DNA from: Rhynchobatus australiae
Lineage: Eukaryota
Direction of reading: 5' to 3'
Assembly (NCBI GenBank): GCA_034780895.1
Contig: JAUZTB010000118.1
Span: forward strand, 77,646,557-77,710,556
Length of the DNA: 64,000 nt
Positions 11,471 to 24,480 of this stretch are shown here, one piece after another (position 1 is the stretch's first letter; each line of letters begins with the position of its first letter). Both the position numbers and the translations under genes were made by a program. Under the pieces are notes generated by a model, which ran no database searches, was not told the DNA's origin, and saw nothing but the letters and a program-made list of their open reading frames with translations.

Positions 11471-11918
11471 ATCACCGCCACCACCAGCACTAACAACGCA
11501 CGCCGTTACTTCAGGCTGTCTTCGCACCGACTTTTTGCTGATTGCTGCCCCAGTTGCATACAGATTGCGGACTTAACCTCGTTTTACAGAACTTTGCGCC
11601 AATCTCATTCCCTGCTGACAGTGAGTCCGGGGATTCGTAATTGTTTTATTTGATTTCACAGACCACTGCCTTACACATCGTGTTCCAATGAATTAATATC
11701 TCCAGCAGGTCTCTGCTGCTGCGAAGTGGTTTTGCACAGTTACAGGTATTTCATTCCCATTTCTTGCTACAGTTTTGGACTTTGTCTCTCCGGTTCTGGA
11801 CTTTGATTTATCTGAAGGCACTGAATGAGACTGGGCATCTGAAGCTTTAACTTTTGGAAGAGTCTGTAGATAAAGAGAGAGACTTAAAGGGCGGGTTCTC
11901 CTCATCGTCTCCGAAGCC

Positions 11919-12037
11919 ATGATCAACACGGAGATACTTGTCGTCTTCCTGCTGCTCTGGATGTGTGTTTGGTCGCAGGAGCCCGGCAAAGTGGTGGCCG
12001 ATCGGTACGCCGTCTACTGGAACAGTAGCAACCCGAG
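11919..12037 (+). CDS. efna5: Ephrin-A5, coding exon 1 (signal peptide and start of the ephrin domain); partial CDS
   Basis: Manual translation from gccATG gives [39 protein letters not shown]+AG, then donor AG|GTGAGG. This closely matches the vertebrate EFNA5 N-terminus (…[29 protein letters not shown]), including the phase-2 intron inside the Arg codon. Confidence 0.95.
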
Positions 12038-13086
12038 GTGAGGCGCGCTGGAACGGGCCGCGGGGGCGGGCAGGCAGCACCGCAGTTGTCCCTTTCGATA
12101 TTAAAATGCAGAGATCACCGCTGGGAGTTGGGGGTAAAACTACTGCTTCCACAGGTTTTGCGTTACCTTCGGGTAACCCCTGTGGGGGTGACGCTTTATT
12201 GTGTGAGGGTTGAGGGTCCCAGCAATCCCTGGTATTAAACTAGTCCGGACTGGACCCCTTACTTTAGTGCTGAGGCAGCCCGGGAGGGGAGCGTTTTCAG
12301 GTGGACCGTGCTCCTCGTTGCTGGTGACAGACACAAGGATCGGGTTGGTGTGTTGAATGGCAATGAGGCGTCCGCCCCGTTCAAAAGTTGCGGCTCAGGC
12401 GCGCCCACGGAACGCCGCCGCTTCCCTCCGTCTCCGCTCTGAAGCTGCCCCGTCAGAGGGGTTCGAATCGCTGCGCCGCCTTCCCGGGACAGACCCGGGA
12501 CGGGTCGAATCCGTCCGTCCGCCGCCAGCCTCCCCCCCCCCCCCAACAAATTGAGACGGTATAAAGAGGGCACTTTGGATGGCAGGGGCGGCTTCACCGT
12601 CCGCCCGCGGGGGTTTCAAAGGGATTGTTAAAAAGGGTGCATATTTTTTTATATAAAAGGTGCTGGGATAGAGGGAGATTAAATTCGGAGCGAAAGTGGT
12701 GCAATCTTGAACCGGTTAATGCAAACGTGTAAAAATGCAGATATACTTGAGTTGTGCAGGCGACGCCTCCTGGCTTTTGTGAGCGGGGAGAGGCGCTGAA
12801 GTTTTGAGTGAAACTTGGAGACAGCTTCAGCTGTCAGTCTGAGGTTGGGCCCCGTTTCCAGCTTCAGATGCACTGCCAGTGAAGTGTTAGTGTCCGATCT
12901 GTGCGGTCACAGTCCCTTGTAACCGTGACCATCACCACAGATTTTTTTTTAAAAAGCTGCCTGGATACAATCGAAGATTTACCTATTCCAGCTTGTCTGC
13001 TTTTACTTTTTAACGAGATCAAACATAGAAAACTGACTTATGGGTTCCAATATTCAGTTGCATCTTCTGGAGACCCCCCCCCACCA

Positions 13087-13112
13087 ACACACACACACAC
13101 ACACACACACAC
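13087..13112. repeat. (AC)n microsatellite
   Basis: Direct reading. Confidence 0.95.
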
Positions 13113-16100
13113 CTCTTCTCAAATTGATTAGGAAATAGCGAAAGTTTTCATTTCCAAAGTAAGGCAAAAATTGTGTGACTTGCTGTAAAAATTAAACATT
13201 GATGAAGAATTCGTGGATCAAAGCAAAGAAAAAGTTCTAATAACTTATTGGNNNNNNNNNNNNNNNNNNNNNNNNNNNNNNNNNNNNNNNNNNNNNNNNN
13301 NNNNNNNNNNNNNNNNNNNNNNNNNNNNNNNNNNNNNNNNNNNNNNNNNNNAGTATTCGTGGATCACAGCAAATAAAAAGTTCTAATAACTTATTGGAAG
13401 AGGAACGGATTGAGACGTTCCCGTTTCTGAGGACATCTCAGCACTCTTCCAGTGTCTGCCGCTGTGCCGCAAGTAATTTTAAACAAATCCTTCGAAATCC
13501 TGCCACCATTTGTCGTCATCAATTTGATCTGTGCTTTTTCTCGTTTCCTCGCCAAACGTTTTATTTACCAGAGATTTACGTGACCATTTGTGGCATTGAC
13601 TAACATATTCCAACTCAATAATACATTTGCACTTGAGTTGCAAGGATTAAAATAATTTACAGAACAATTTACTAAAAATATGCATATAATATTAACATAA
13701 CAAAACAATTGCAAACAAATAAAAGATGCCCGGATTCAATTTCAAACTTGGTTTAATGATTCTTCCCAAATTCATTATTTTTCTGTGGAGAAACCTCAGT
13801 TTGAAAAGGTTTAGTGTGGGTGCACATAAAAAGCTTGTTTCATTGTTTCATTCAAAATAGCACACTGTAATTTAAACATGCAATTAGTGGTTCAGGTTGG
13901 TGCTACTGAATGAGCCTCACTGGCAGATTCTGTCATTTTGTTTAATGTGTATCCCATCTCTGTGTGGTTTTATGTGTGTGTATAATTGTCCTTTACCCTG
14001 CTGCTCACAAATTATATATAAATCTATTTCATCAACTCCACACTCTGCATCATTCTTTTGTTGTCTTCTGTTTACCTGTTCCTGTGAATCAGTAAGTTCC
14101 GTTCCTCTTTTGGAGATATTTCTCACTGTATCTACTGCTCTTTTTGTTCAACTGCACCTACTTGCTTGTGTGCATTTTTGGATTTTTCATCATGATTTGT
14201 ATTCTTCATTATATATTTTTGTCTTACTGTGTCATTCTTTATATATGTGTGTGTCTGTCATTGTCTCTATCTGTATCCCACTTGGTATGTTCTGTGAAAT
14301 ATTCCCTCTATTCTTGTGTATCTCCTTTTTTTTCTAGTGGAGAGTTAATGTCCTAGTTTGAGCTGAGATGAACAAATGGATTTAGGTCACAGGGCATGTT
14401 TTTTTTTTGCATTTACTATACTGCTAGGCAAAAACCTGTTTCCAGCTTACAAATTGGATTTTAAGCTATTGGGAGAATTTCCTCACCCAGGCTGATATGA
14501 TTGAAGGCTCTGTTATCTCCTTTGTGGGTCTAAATATGATGAATTGGGAATAATAAAAAAAATTCAATTCAGCCAACTTTTGTTGCACTTACTACAGTTA
14601 TTTGATATACTTGTAGGTTCTAACAATGTTTTATCAAAGAAAATAACTCCTGCCGTGATGTAATATGTTACATCTTTTACGAGTTGGCCTTTTACCTTGT
14701 GGCATTTTGAGTATCTATAATAAAGTAACCAATGTGGAACTCTGTTTAAAGCTGTTTATATAGATGTGAATTGTATATGATATTTCACTATGCTGATAGA
14801 TTATAAGACATAAAGCCCTTGGCCGGTTGTAACTTCCTAATTGTGAGCAATGTTAGAGCAACAGAAAAGTCGTTAACATTCTTTTCAGTGGGGACTCTAA
14901 ATTCTTGCAGTTGCAGGATTAATACATTAGTTTATCCTTCCCTCTTCCAGAAAACTGGGAAGATTAAAGATAAGCAATAATGTGAAAACTTTGCATTGAG
15001 GCAAAGAACTGATCCAAATCTGAGTGCAATGTTCCTTTGTTAAAACTAGGATAAGATATAGCGATGGAATTCGCGATCAGTAAAACTGAATATTGCAAAT
15101 CAAGATATCCTCTGAGTGGCAGGGTGAACACTATTGCATTTTAGTTTATCCTGACACTTTCAGGGATGTGTCTTTAATGATTGGCTGCACGATTTGATGT
15201 TTTTAACTGTAATGGCTCAGAATGTTCTATTTTTATTACTCTAATTCTCTTTGCAAATGAGCAAAAGTTATGAAGAAAACATATTGTGTGTTTTTTTTAA
15301 AGAAAACACATTAATTTGTTTCCTTTAATATGTTTCTTTGCTATATTGATAAAATCCACAAATCAGGAGATTTTAGAAGTGATATCTGAAGGGAAAAATG
15401 CAAATAAAAATTACATTTATTGACACAAGCAGGATAAATTTAATAACAGTTCTGCTTTGACGATAAGGACTCTAGAGCTCTCTGCAATTAAAGATTTTTT
15501 TGAATGCTGTTTCCCTTTATCACACACTATAAAAAAGGCATTTTTGCTTTTCCTGTTACTGATCTTGCTTTTTCAATTTCTGTATTTCTGGAGAAGAATC
15601 TTTCAGAAGTATCGATTGAAAAATGAATACATTGGTGAGCAAAATAAACAAGAGAATACACATTACTGGTCTGGAGATTTAATAGTCCGTGCCAGCAGGG
15701 TTAATGCTGATTATTAAGGGAGGGGTGGGGGACTGCATTTTATTTGCAAGGGAAAGTTTGAATTACTGTTTCAGCACTTCCAGGAGGTTGGTATGGGGGG
15801 GGTGGGGGGTAAGAGGGCCCACTGCTGCTGCTCATAAATGTGCTCTGTTTCTGGTTGTAAAATTCAACAGAAAAGGGTTTTGCAGTTCATTATATGGTGC
15901 TTAGTTAAAGTTAATGGCTTGCTGTATCCAGTGACTGTTACAGGAGAAAACCCAGCTCCTTCAATGTGGTCCCTTTGTGTGAAGTCGAGAGAAACCAGGT
16001 CCAAGTAAGGGTTTCACAGGCTGTTGCCTCCAGAGAGAAGGTACTGACGAGCAACTTATTAGAGGTTAATTACCCTTCTCCCTAAAAAGAGAGAAAAATT

Positions 16101-16684
16101 CTTCCCATTCAAATCTGCAAATACCTTAATGAAGGGGTTGCATTCCGACCCACCCAGATGCTGCATCCTGGTTGGTGAGGTGCAGCTAAAGATGAGCCTT
16201 TTCTGCCGTCTTGTTGCTGTGGATCTGGTAATCTAACAATACCATGCTGTGCAGAGTAAAGGAATGAATGTAATTAGTCGTTAAGGGGTCCAGCCAGGCC
16301 TAACTATGTAAGAGACAAGAGAATATTGGCAGAGGAAAAATAAATGGAATTGAGGAATCCATTCACAGACATAGATGAGCACACATTTATAGTTATTACA
16401 CACAAGGTGGATCTTAAAGAGAAATTCTTGCCCCAGAAACTTCGGAAATATGTAAGGTATGTTTCCCTCTTGTTTAAAATAATGTAAGCAAATCGATCTC
16501 TGCATATTCTATCAGCAAGTTGTTGTGCACATCTATTGGGTACTTAAAGTCAAATTGAATATAATTTCTAAAATGCTGATGCAATTACAAATTCATTTCT
16601 GTTATGGTAGGTGTTCATTTTCATGGGGTTTACATGTGATTCTGCAGTTGTTAACGATCATAATACTTGAGGCAGCAGAGTGAC

Positions 16685-16881
16685 CTTTGCAGGGTTTTCA
16701 TGTTCTCTTTTCGATCACATGGTACTCCGATTTCCTGGCAAATCTCAAAGACATGTGGGTTTGGGAGGTTAGTTGGCAACTGTAAGTTGCCCCTAGTCTA
16801 TAAGTGAGAGATAGAATCGGGTGGTGGTGGGGGGGATACTTAGTGGGCCGAAAGACTTGTTTCCGTGTTAAATGACTATGA
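16685..16881 (+). mobile_element. V-SINE (HE1-like), 5'-truncated and diverged
   Basis: ggtactccgatttcct…tcaaagacatgtgggtttgggaggttagttggcaactgtaagttgcccctag…gtgggccgaaagacttgtttccgtg. Confidence 0.75.
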
Positions 16882-17759
16882 AATTTAAGTTTTCAAGTAA
16901 CCAGAAACCGACCAGTTATTGGTTTATCTTTATATGGAATATAAAATTGGATGGACAGTGAACAAAGGTACAGTTGTGTTGAGGCAACATTGTGTGCTTC
17001 CCTGTAAGGAAAAAAAAGTTAATTTTCAAGAAAATAACACAAATGGCAGATAATAATGAAAAAAAGACTGAAAAACATTTAATTAATTTTTAAAAAATTG
17101 ATCCTTTATGTGCAGACAATTGGTTGTAGTTGTATAAAACAAGCATTTTTGCCATCCCAATTTCTTAAATGAATTTCCTGACCAGTGCAATACAGTCTAA
17201 GTAAGAAATATCTTTCTTGAATAATGGGAGGATTTTGCTATTTCCAAAGATTAGATGTAAAACAATCAAGAGGAACACCTTCAACATATGTATCTAGTTT
17301 CTTAAAAAGGGAAGTGTGCATGTCAGGTCTTTTCAATTTTTATGTCTAATTCCAGAATTGACCATTTTGCCTTATTTGCAACATCCTTTACCCAAATGTT
17401 TAACACTAAGGCAGCTTTTAAGTACTTTGCATGCATTTGTTTTCTTCCTCTCATTAGCTTTGCTAATATTAATTGCAATTTTTTTCAACAAAGCAGTTAC
17501 AGTTAGTGCAAATGCTTAAAAAACACTACAATTAATCAGGCCAGTAGTAAATTGGTTTACTTAAAGAAAATAAATTAATACACCAGAGGAAGAAAACCCC
17601 AGCAACAGCCGTTCATTGTATACTCCAGTTACTTGCACAGTAGGTTCTGATAGTCCCATGCCACTTTTGCTATCAGATACAACACATCCAGTTGCTTGAT
17701 AATTCAAATGAATCCTGCAATCTAATTAGGTGTCAGGGAATTTGACAGAAGGATAGTTC

Positions 17760-18470
17760 CTTACTGAGATTGTGGGTGGTTCCTTCCTTTCAGGCACTGC
17801 CTCCTTCCCTACCAAGTTTCTTCTTGTGACCTGTACCTACATTTTTTCTTGACCTTTCTGTCTTGCAAATGTTGGTCTTCCTCTAAATCCCTTTTACCCT
17901 CCAAAAGGCGATGTATATTGACAATGCATGCCAAATATCCGTACATTTTTTCTACAATTACCTTTCTGAATTGCTTCAATTATAATTACACCCTTCTCAC
18001 AGCATTGACATGGTCTTAACCAACTCCAGAAGCAATGTTTTCTTTGTCAGTGTTGGTGGGGCATTATCCCTCTTTACCTCTGAAATTTCCTCCAGCAATA
18101 TTGCCCCCTCTCTGATCTCTTGTTCTGATGATTTGGTTTCTTCCACCTCTGCCCTCCTTTCACAACATCATCGATTGCTGTACCTTCCACCGCTTGGGCC
18201 CCAAGTTCTACATTATACATCTCAAATTTCTTTGCCCTTCCTCTTCCTTTAAACCTTACTCTTGCTACCTCCAAATCCCATTTTTTCCCCTGCTGTTCCA
18301 GAAATTACGTCTGATGAATTCTCTATGTGATAGGCGCTGCACAAATGCAAAATGCTCTTACTGAATGTGACTTGATGAAAAGTGGGAACAGCTTTCTTGT
18401 CCACTCTTCCTGTTTTTGAATCCATTGTGGCAGTCCGTCTTTCCTTGGGACCCATGATGGCCTGTCAGCA
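17760..18470 (+). pseudogene. Decayed Penelope-like reverse transcriptase fragment
   Basis: Frameshifted pieces in colinear order: PSLISCSDDL (cf. PQLFLRYIDDC), NIIDCCTFHRLGPKF (cf. NFINFASNFHPALKF), SQISLPFLFL (cf. SDTSLPFLDL), IPFF (cf. IPFSQ). Confidence 0.5.
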
Positions 18471-21400
18471 CTCCTTTTCGGGCTATGTAGTAATTAAATA
18501 CTTGTCAATGGAGAATTTTCCATAATACTTAAAACAGAAAAGACAGGGGTCTGCTGTGAGCAATGACTGTCAGGGGAACAATGAAAACTAATTACACACA
18601 GGGCTGTCACTTTTGTTAAACTTGTCATTTGGGGGGGAAAAAACAAGACAAAGTATGTGTTTTACCAATGACTGTTTATGATGAGGAGATCTGCAATAAA
18701 GGAAGTGTTATTGCCTATTTGTGAAAAGTACTCCATCTCTAAATCTCTACCATGTGCAGGTTTGTTTCCCAGCTCCTTCCTGCCTGCCCCCCTTCCCTGG
18801 TCTTGAGTTTGGTTACTCCTCTTTTATTTGTTCATTGTCTGTGGTGTCTTGTTCAAAAGTACTGTGGATGGTTCCTGGGAGTTCACACAGGAACTGCACA
18901 TAAGTAGGAAGTGTGCAGAGCAACCTTTGCATTATTGGTAAAGTAGTGATCCCAGAGAAAATTAAGAGCAGGTAGTTTAAAACCTGGAGCAATGTATGAA
19001 AATTCCATGACTCTTCCAGTTTGTTAGTTTTGTATTAAACTTAAATGCAATGCTCTTGATTTAGTTTGGCAGCCATACAACAAATATATATTGCTCCTTG
19101 AGGAGTAAGGTATTTTAAGGCACTGGATATAAAAAATGGAAGCAATCATCAGTTTGAAAGTGTCATATGTTGTTTTCAGCAAGGTGAGTTTATACTTGAC
19201 TAATTCACCAAAGTCTTAATACATTTCTGCCAAACAATTGTTGGACCCTTACATAAAATTCTGAGTATATTTCACTTCATGAAACTTTGGAATCCTCTAA
19301 CTAATGGGTGATGCATTCCCTCTTTCCATGCAAACAGGTGCCTCCTCATATATAACCGAGAGAAGCACAATAAGCATGCTATGTGTTGTGAAGGAGACTG
19401 GTGATTGCAAAAAGCTCAGCCGCTTAGTTCCACATCTCCACAGGTCGAGTCCCAGAGGAGAGAGGAGGGTTTCTTTCTGATGACGCAAGGAAAGGACAAA
19501 GAAATGAATGAGTTGGACTCATCAATGAGGGGAGAGGGGACTGTAGTGGGTTATAAATGAAGGTTTTACTCATTTAATTTGCAGTGAAACAAATATTTAA
19601 AATACATTTGTGTAACTAGATCAAAAAAAATTGAGAATTTTAGTTGAGTAAATAATTTTTTAAGAAGTATGTGATCTGTGTGAAAGAAGGATGGAGCTTT
19701 CAGCTATTGTATTTTGACATCACAGTCTTATAGTAGTTGCTCAGATTGACCCACACACTTGTAACTTGGGACTGGAGTACAATCCTAACTGGAGTAATAA
19801 TAAAGCTTGAATTATTGAGTTTTAACAATAAAATTGAGAAAACAACTCTTTTTATTGTTTTATATTGGTAAGTGTGTGTAGACAATATATTTACAGTGCC
19901 AGTTGTTCATTTTCCTTTAAGAATTCAGCTTTCAAAATGGAGATGTTGTACTTAGACAATTGACCAATTTCATTTATTTGCAGCTCCTTAATAGGACAAG
20001 ATAGTCTAAGATGTGACTTGCTGGAATAGTAAAAATGCAGGTAGTTACAGACAACTTTAAATGAACAGATATTATTGTTGCTATTATCAATCTAGTTGCA
20101 ATCTACTATATAATATGGAAGTTGATATGTTTGCGAATTTTCTTTTTAATTATAAAAGCACTTAATCTTGCCAGACAATGAATACAATTGAAAATGCAAC
20201 CCAAATTGAATGATTCTTGAAAGCTGTAATGTTAGCCTAAGAGTGGTGTTTCCTTATGGTGTGTGAATTTATCACAATGAATATTATGTTTGTTGTGTTT
20301 CATTTTAAGAACGGACTTGGTAGTATGTACAAGTATAATTGAAGAGGTCATAACTTTATCCTAACAGGATATCAGAGAATGAACTAACACTGTACCTTGT
20401 TAGATCAAGATTAGATAGTAAAGGTTTAAAAATAAGGTCAACACAGCCATTCTATCAGAAAACAGTATGTTGTTCCATTCTCGGAGAATTGAGAGAAGGA
20501 AAGAAAATCTAAAGGTGACGAAGAAATATGTGAAAAGGGAACTCAGTTTACAAGTCTTTGCATGTAATGAGGGCACAGAATTCCTATACATATCGTGCTT
20601 GTTCATATTCAGTGTAGCTGTCACAAAGCCGTTTGAGAGCATTGCAAACAAAGTGAAACGTTCATTCAGGTGTGTGAAAGTAAGGTAGATTTGTCTTCAT
20701 GAGATTAGTCAAACCGTTCAAAATAAACTTGTGCCTTCTTCAATTGACAGTCACTTTACTGGCAGCAACATCTAGTTGCTGATACTGATGGTAAGGTATT
20801 TGTAACCACAGGCAGCACTTCACAGGAATTTTACAGATGAATGGGACTATTTGGCTCACCTTAGATATTAAAAGTTGTGCTATTTACAAGAACTTAAAAT
20901 CGATGGCAGTTCAAATTGGGGGACATGGAAAATGGGATTTTTGTTTACAGTTATGAATTTTAATCTAATATAAATAGGTTTAGATTTTTGATGAACATCA
21001 ATTCACAAAGCATAGTGAAAAAACAATTTTTCTGCATGAACTCCCCTTTGGTTGGAATTATATGCACAATGCTCATGAAATAATTTTATTTAATCTGGAT
21101 ATTTGAGCTTCTGTTGAATGGGAGTGGCCATAGTTTGATTGGTTGCCCAGAAATCAGGGCTTTAGTAGTGGTGATGATATGTGGGGAGCTAGTAAGGAGA
21201 TCAAGGAGAGGAGATACGTTAAAGAAAATTAAAGGAACCTGCTCAGATTAGGTTCCTAAATCTGGCCTCAATCCTTCACGGGGATGATCCCGGCCGACAC
21301 AGTGTTATTCCAGGAATGATCAGTGACGGATACGCCTTTGATCAATGTGACCTAATTTTCTGGGCAGCCCTCCAGTCTGATAAACTTCATCCTACGAGTG

Positions 21401-24229
21401 ACTGATGTGGAATTTGTGTCATTGCCGAAAGGGTGAATTGCCATTAGAAATAATTAAATGAATTTACAGAATGGCGTTATTTGTCTTGGAAATGGTTGCA
21501 GTTGTATACCACTGGATTTCCAGATACAAAGCGCTGCCAAAACAGGGCAATTCGTCTGAATTTCTAGGCCATCATCATTTGTCCCTTTAATCATGACAGT
21601 TGTTTTAATTTTGTATTATAGTTTAGAAACATTTTTATCAGTATTATTAATGCATTAACACTTTCTCTTTACAAATGGCCCAGTGGATTTCAATTGTTGT
21701 ATGAATATAAAATTCATTAGATGTTTCTGTCTTTTGATACTAGATTTGCCCCCCCCTTTGTCAATGTGGTTTAAAAATATCAATTTGTTATAGCACCTGT
21801 CATTATACTCAGCAGATTTATTGGAGAAAGCGGAGAAAATTACTTTAGTTTATAGTGCAAGAGTCACATGCATGATCAGTTCCTGACTTGTCAGCAAATG
21901 GAGTTAGTGGTATTTCTAAACTGGACTTTTTTCCTAGTGCTCCTTTGATTGTATAGATAGATTTTCTATTCTTGCAGCTGATGATGGAAGGACTACGGCA
22001 GTATTTCAGCATGTTGTTTTCTGAGGTAGTTTTTCTTTTACATTATGTTGGTTTAATGTTTTTTTTTGTTTTTTTTAATGTCGTTTCCCTGATATTTCTG
22101 GAAGTCCCGGCCCTGACTTGGCTCCCTGCTGCTGTTCCACATGGCGGGAGCTATAAAATGGTACCATCAGACCCTAGTAAATATTGACTGTGTCTCAGAG
22201 ATTTGACCACTGTGAAAGCAGGAATCACTGAATTAAAAGCTGCTATTGTTCTGCCGTGGGGCTGTGCTCTCTTACTGACACCAGAGCATGTGTGTTTTAA
22301 AAGCTAAGAATTGGCATAAGAAGGATACAGGACAAGGCAGTGAGGGTGGGAATTAAAAAAGGCAACACATTGGAACCTATAAGTACTTAATTTGAAGGAA
22401 AGTAAAACCCAGAAAGGCATGAACATATGTTGAATTAAAGAACCTTCCACAAAGTTAAGTGAAAAGCACCACCCTTGTGGAGAGACGGGATTTATAAATG
22501 GAGCGAGCTAATTGACTCACTTAACATTTGCCCTTTTTGTGTTATTGGCCAGGATTTAAGCACATGGTATATTCAGTCTGGATAGAAAGATTTGGTTAAA
22601 ATTAAAATATCAAGTTAGTTTTCATTAGCAGAAATGGAACCCCGTGCAGAATATTTTTATGATGCACCTTTTACCCATTTACTTCAGAAATATGAACTAT
22701 ATTGTTTGTGCTTTTCTATCTAATTGAAGTTGGATGCATTGAAAATTGTTTTACCTAATTTTTGAAGGTGTCTGGTGAGCAGATTTAAGTGTAAATAAAG
22801 CATTCAATCAGGATGCCACAGTAAGCGACCGATTCCACTCTTGATACTGCGTGGAATTACTAAGCCTGCNNNNNNNNNNNNNNNNNNNNNNNNNNNNNNN
22901 NNNNNNNNNNNNNNNNNNNNNNNNNNNNNNNNNNNNNNNNNNNNNNNNNNNNNNNNNNNNNNNNNNNNNAGCGACCGATTCCACTGTTGATTCTGCGTGG
23001 AATTACTAAGCCTGCTAGATACCAGTTTAATGATGTCCTTCCAATATTGTGGAAATCGTTGCAGTATATTAGTGCTTGGTAGGCATATAAGTATAAGCTG
23101 CTTCAGTTAAATGCAGTTCTAATGAAGATGAATATGGTGGACCTCATGAGAGTTTGTACTCAAGAGCTAGTTGAACAGATACTGCAATGAAAAGATGCAA
23201 CAAAAACAAGGGCCTGTTGGATTGGAGCTGGTTAGTCTCATTTACTAAACAGATCTATTGGATAATAATTTAAGTGAGTGTGAACAAGCGTGTGGCAAGT
23301 AACTTAAGAGCTATTAAGTTATCTTTCAGCTTTGAATAAGCTAGCTGGTGTGCATTTATTTAAAAGTTGCAAAGATAATTTCCTGCAAATTGTACGTTCA
23401 ATGTTGGTACATGAAAACATTGACAGTGTTATATTTGGTGCAATGTTGAGATGAAGCATATAGAATTCCAAAGGAAATGGTGGTTTGATGTGCCATGAGG
23501 ACATTTACACAGTGGGCCGTAGTCTTTCCTTTTGGCATCTCTATTTAAAAAAAATAAGTGTTTTGTTAAACAAAAATAACAAAGGTGAGGGAAGAAAAGG
23601 CTTTAGAGATAAGTGTTTTGTCAGTTTTTGAAATTCTACTTTATCTGTTTGGTAGTTTCGTGCAGGTAAGGTAAGGCAGTATCAGGCTAGCCAGTGTTAA
23701 TGCCACTACATGAAGCTAAGTGATAACAATAAAAAAATTTTCTCCTATATCATGAAAGCATGGAGGCATAATACTGCTTTTGTTATAGTATTATAAACAG
23801 ATCCTCTTCAACTTCTGCTCAATATATTTGGTTCAGGACAAATATATTCAGTGTTACTGTAACTATGTAGAATTCCTCATAGCTGAGGTTTTAACCACAG
23901 TTCAAAATATTGTTGACATGTGGCTGTTCAAAGCTGATTTTGTCCTGGCTTGTTGACTAATCTTTAGACTGTTTGCTATGCTGTAATTACTTTGTTTTTG
24001 AATGTTTGTTCAAGCATTCTTAAACTTACCTTGCTTAACTTGCTTGCTGTAATTTTTTTTTGACTTGATGTGATTTGCTTCCAGTACAATTTTTCAATTT
24101 CCTCTAGAAATCACGCATTTTTAGTGGTACTGGTAAAATTTCTGTTATGAACATAATAAAAATTGCTTTCAGTGCCAACATTGCAATGGTCACAGCTCCT
24201 GTGAAATTTTGTCTTTTATTCTTGCAAAG

Positions 24230-24480
24230 CTTCAAGAATACCGTCCAACATGCATTTTCTCTTGCTGACTTCCTCAGGATTCAAAACTCATTGCATAGTT
24301 ACTTGCACAAACCTATTCTCGTTCTGGATTTTGAAACCGCTGTGCCTTTTGACTCACTAATCCTCTTCCATCAGGTCCTTTAAAACCTGAACTTGTTGTT
24401 GCGTAATCCCAGTTTCCCGATTCATCGTGTCTTCCAATTTTATTTGCTTTCAGTGGTTGTTTTACATTATGGGCCTTAGT
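24230..24480 (+). mobile_element. Old L2-like LINE fragment
   Basis: LRIQNS…PIL translation resembles the L2 ORF2 C-terminal LQxIQNSAAR…ITPVL motif. Very diverged. Confidence 0.3.

Larger units (their letters stand above)
10040..12620. promoter_or_regulatory. CpG island / efna5 promoter, 5' UTR and start of intron 1
   Basis: Abrupt rise in GC and CpG density against AT-rich flanks. It surrounds the first coding exon and contains GC boxes, TGACGT half-sites, a CCAAT near 11599 and TGATTGAC at 11358-11365. An N gap lies at 10796-10965. Confidence 0.85.

Noticed and set aside
10511-12619. Cluster of overlapping ORFs on both strands
   Set aside because: Expected from stop-codon scarcity in a CpG island. 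The real coding frame is 11919-12037.
13209-13397. Direct repeats flanking gaps that look like repeat-spacer or LTR structures
   Set aside because: Repeated pattern around exactly 100-N gaps points to contig overlap artefacts. There is no CRISPR array or cas gene.
13897-14356. Cys/hydrophobic-rich ORFs resembling membrane proteins
   Set aside because: Products of T/TG-rich low-complexity sequence.
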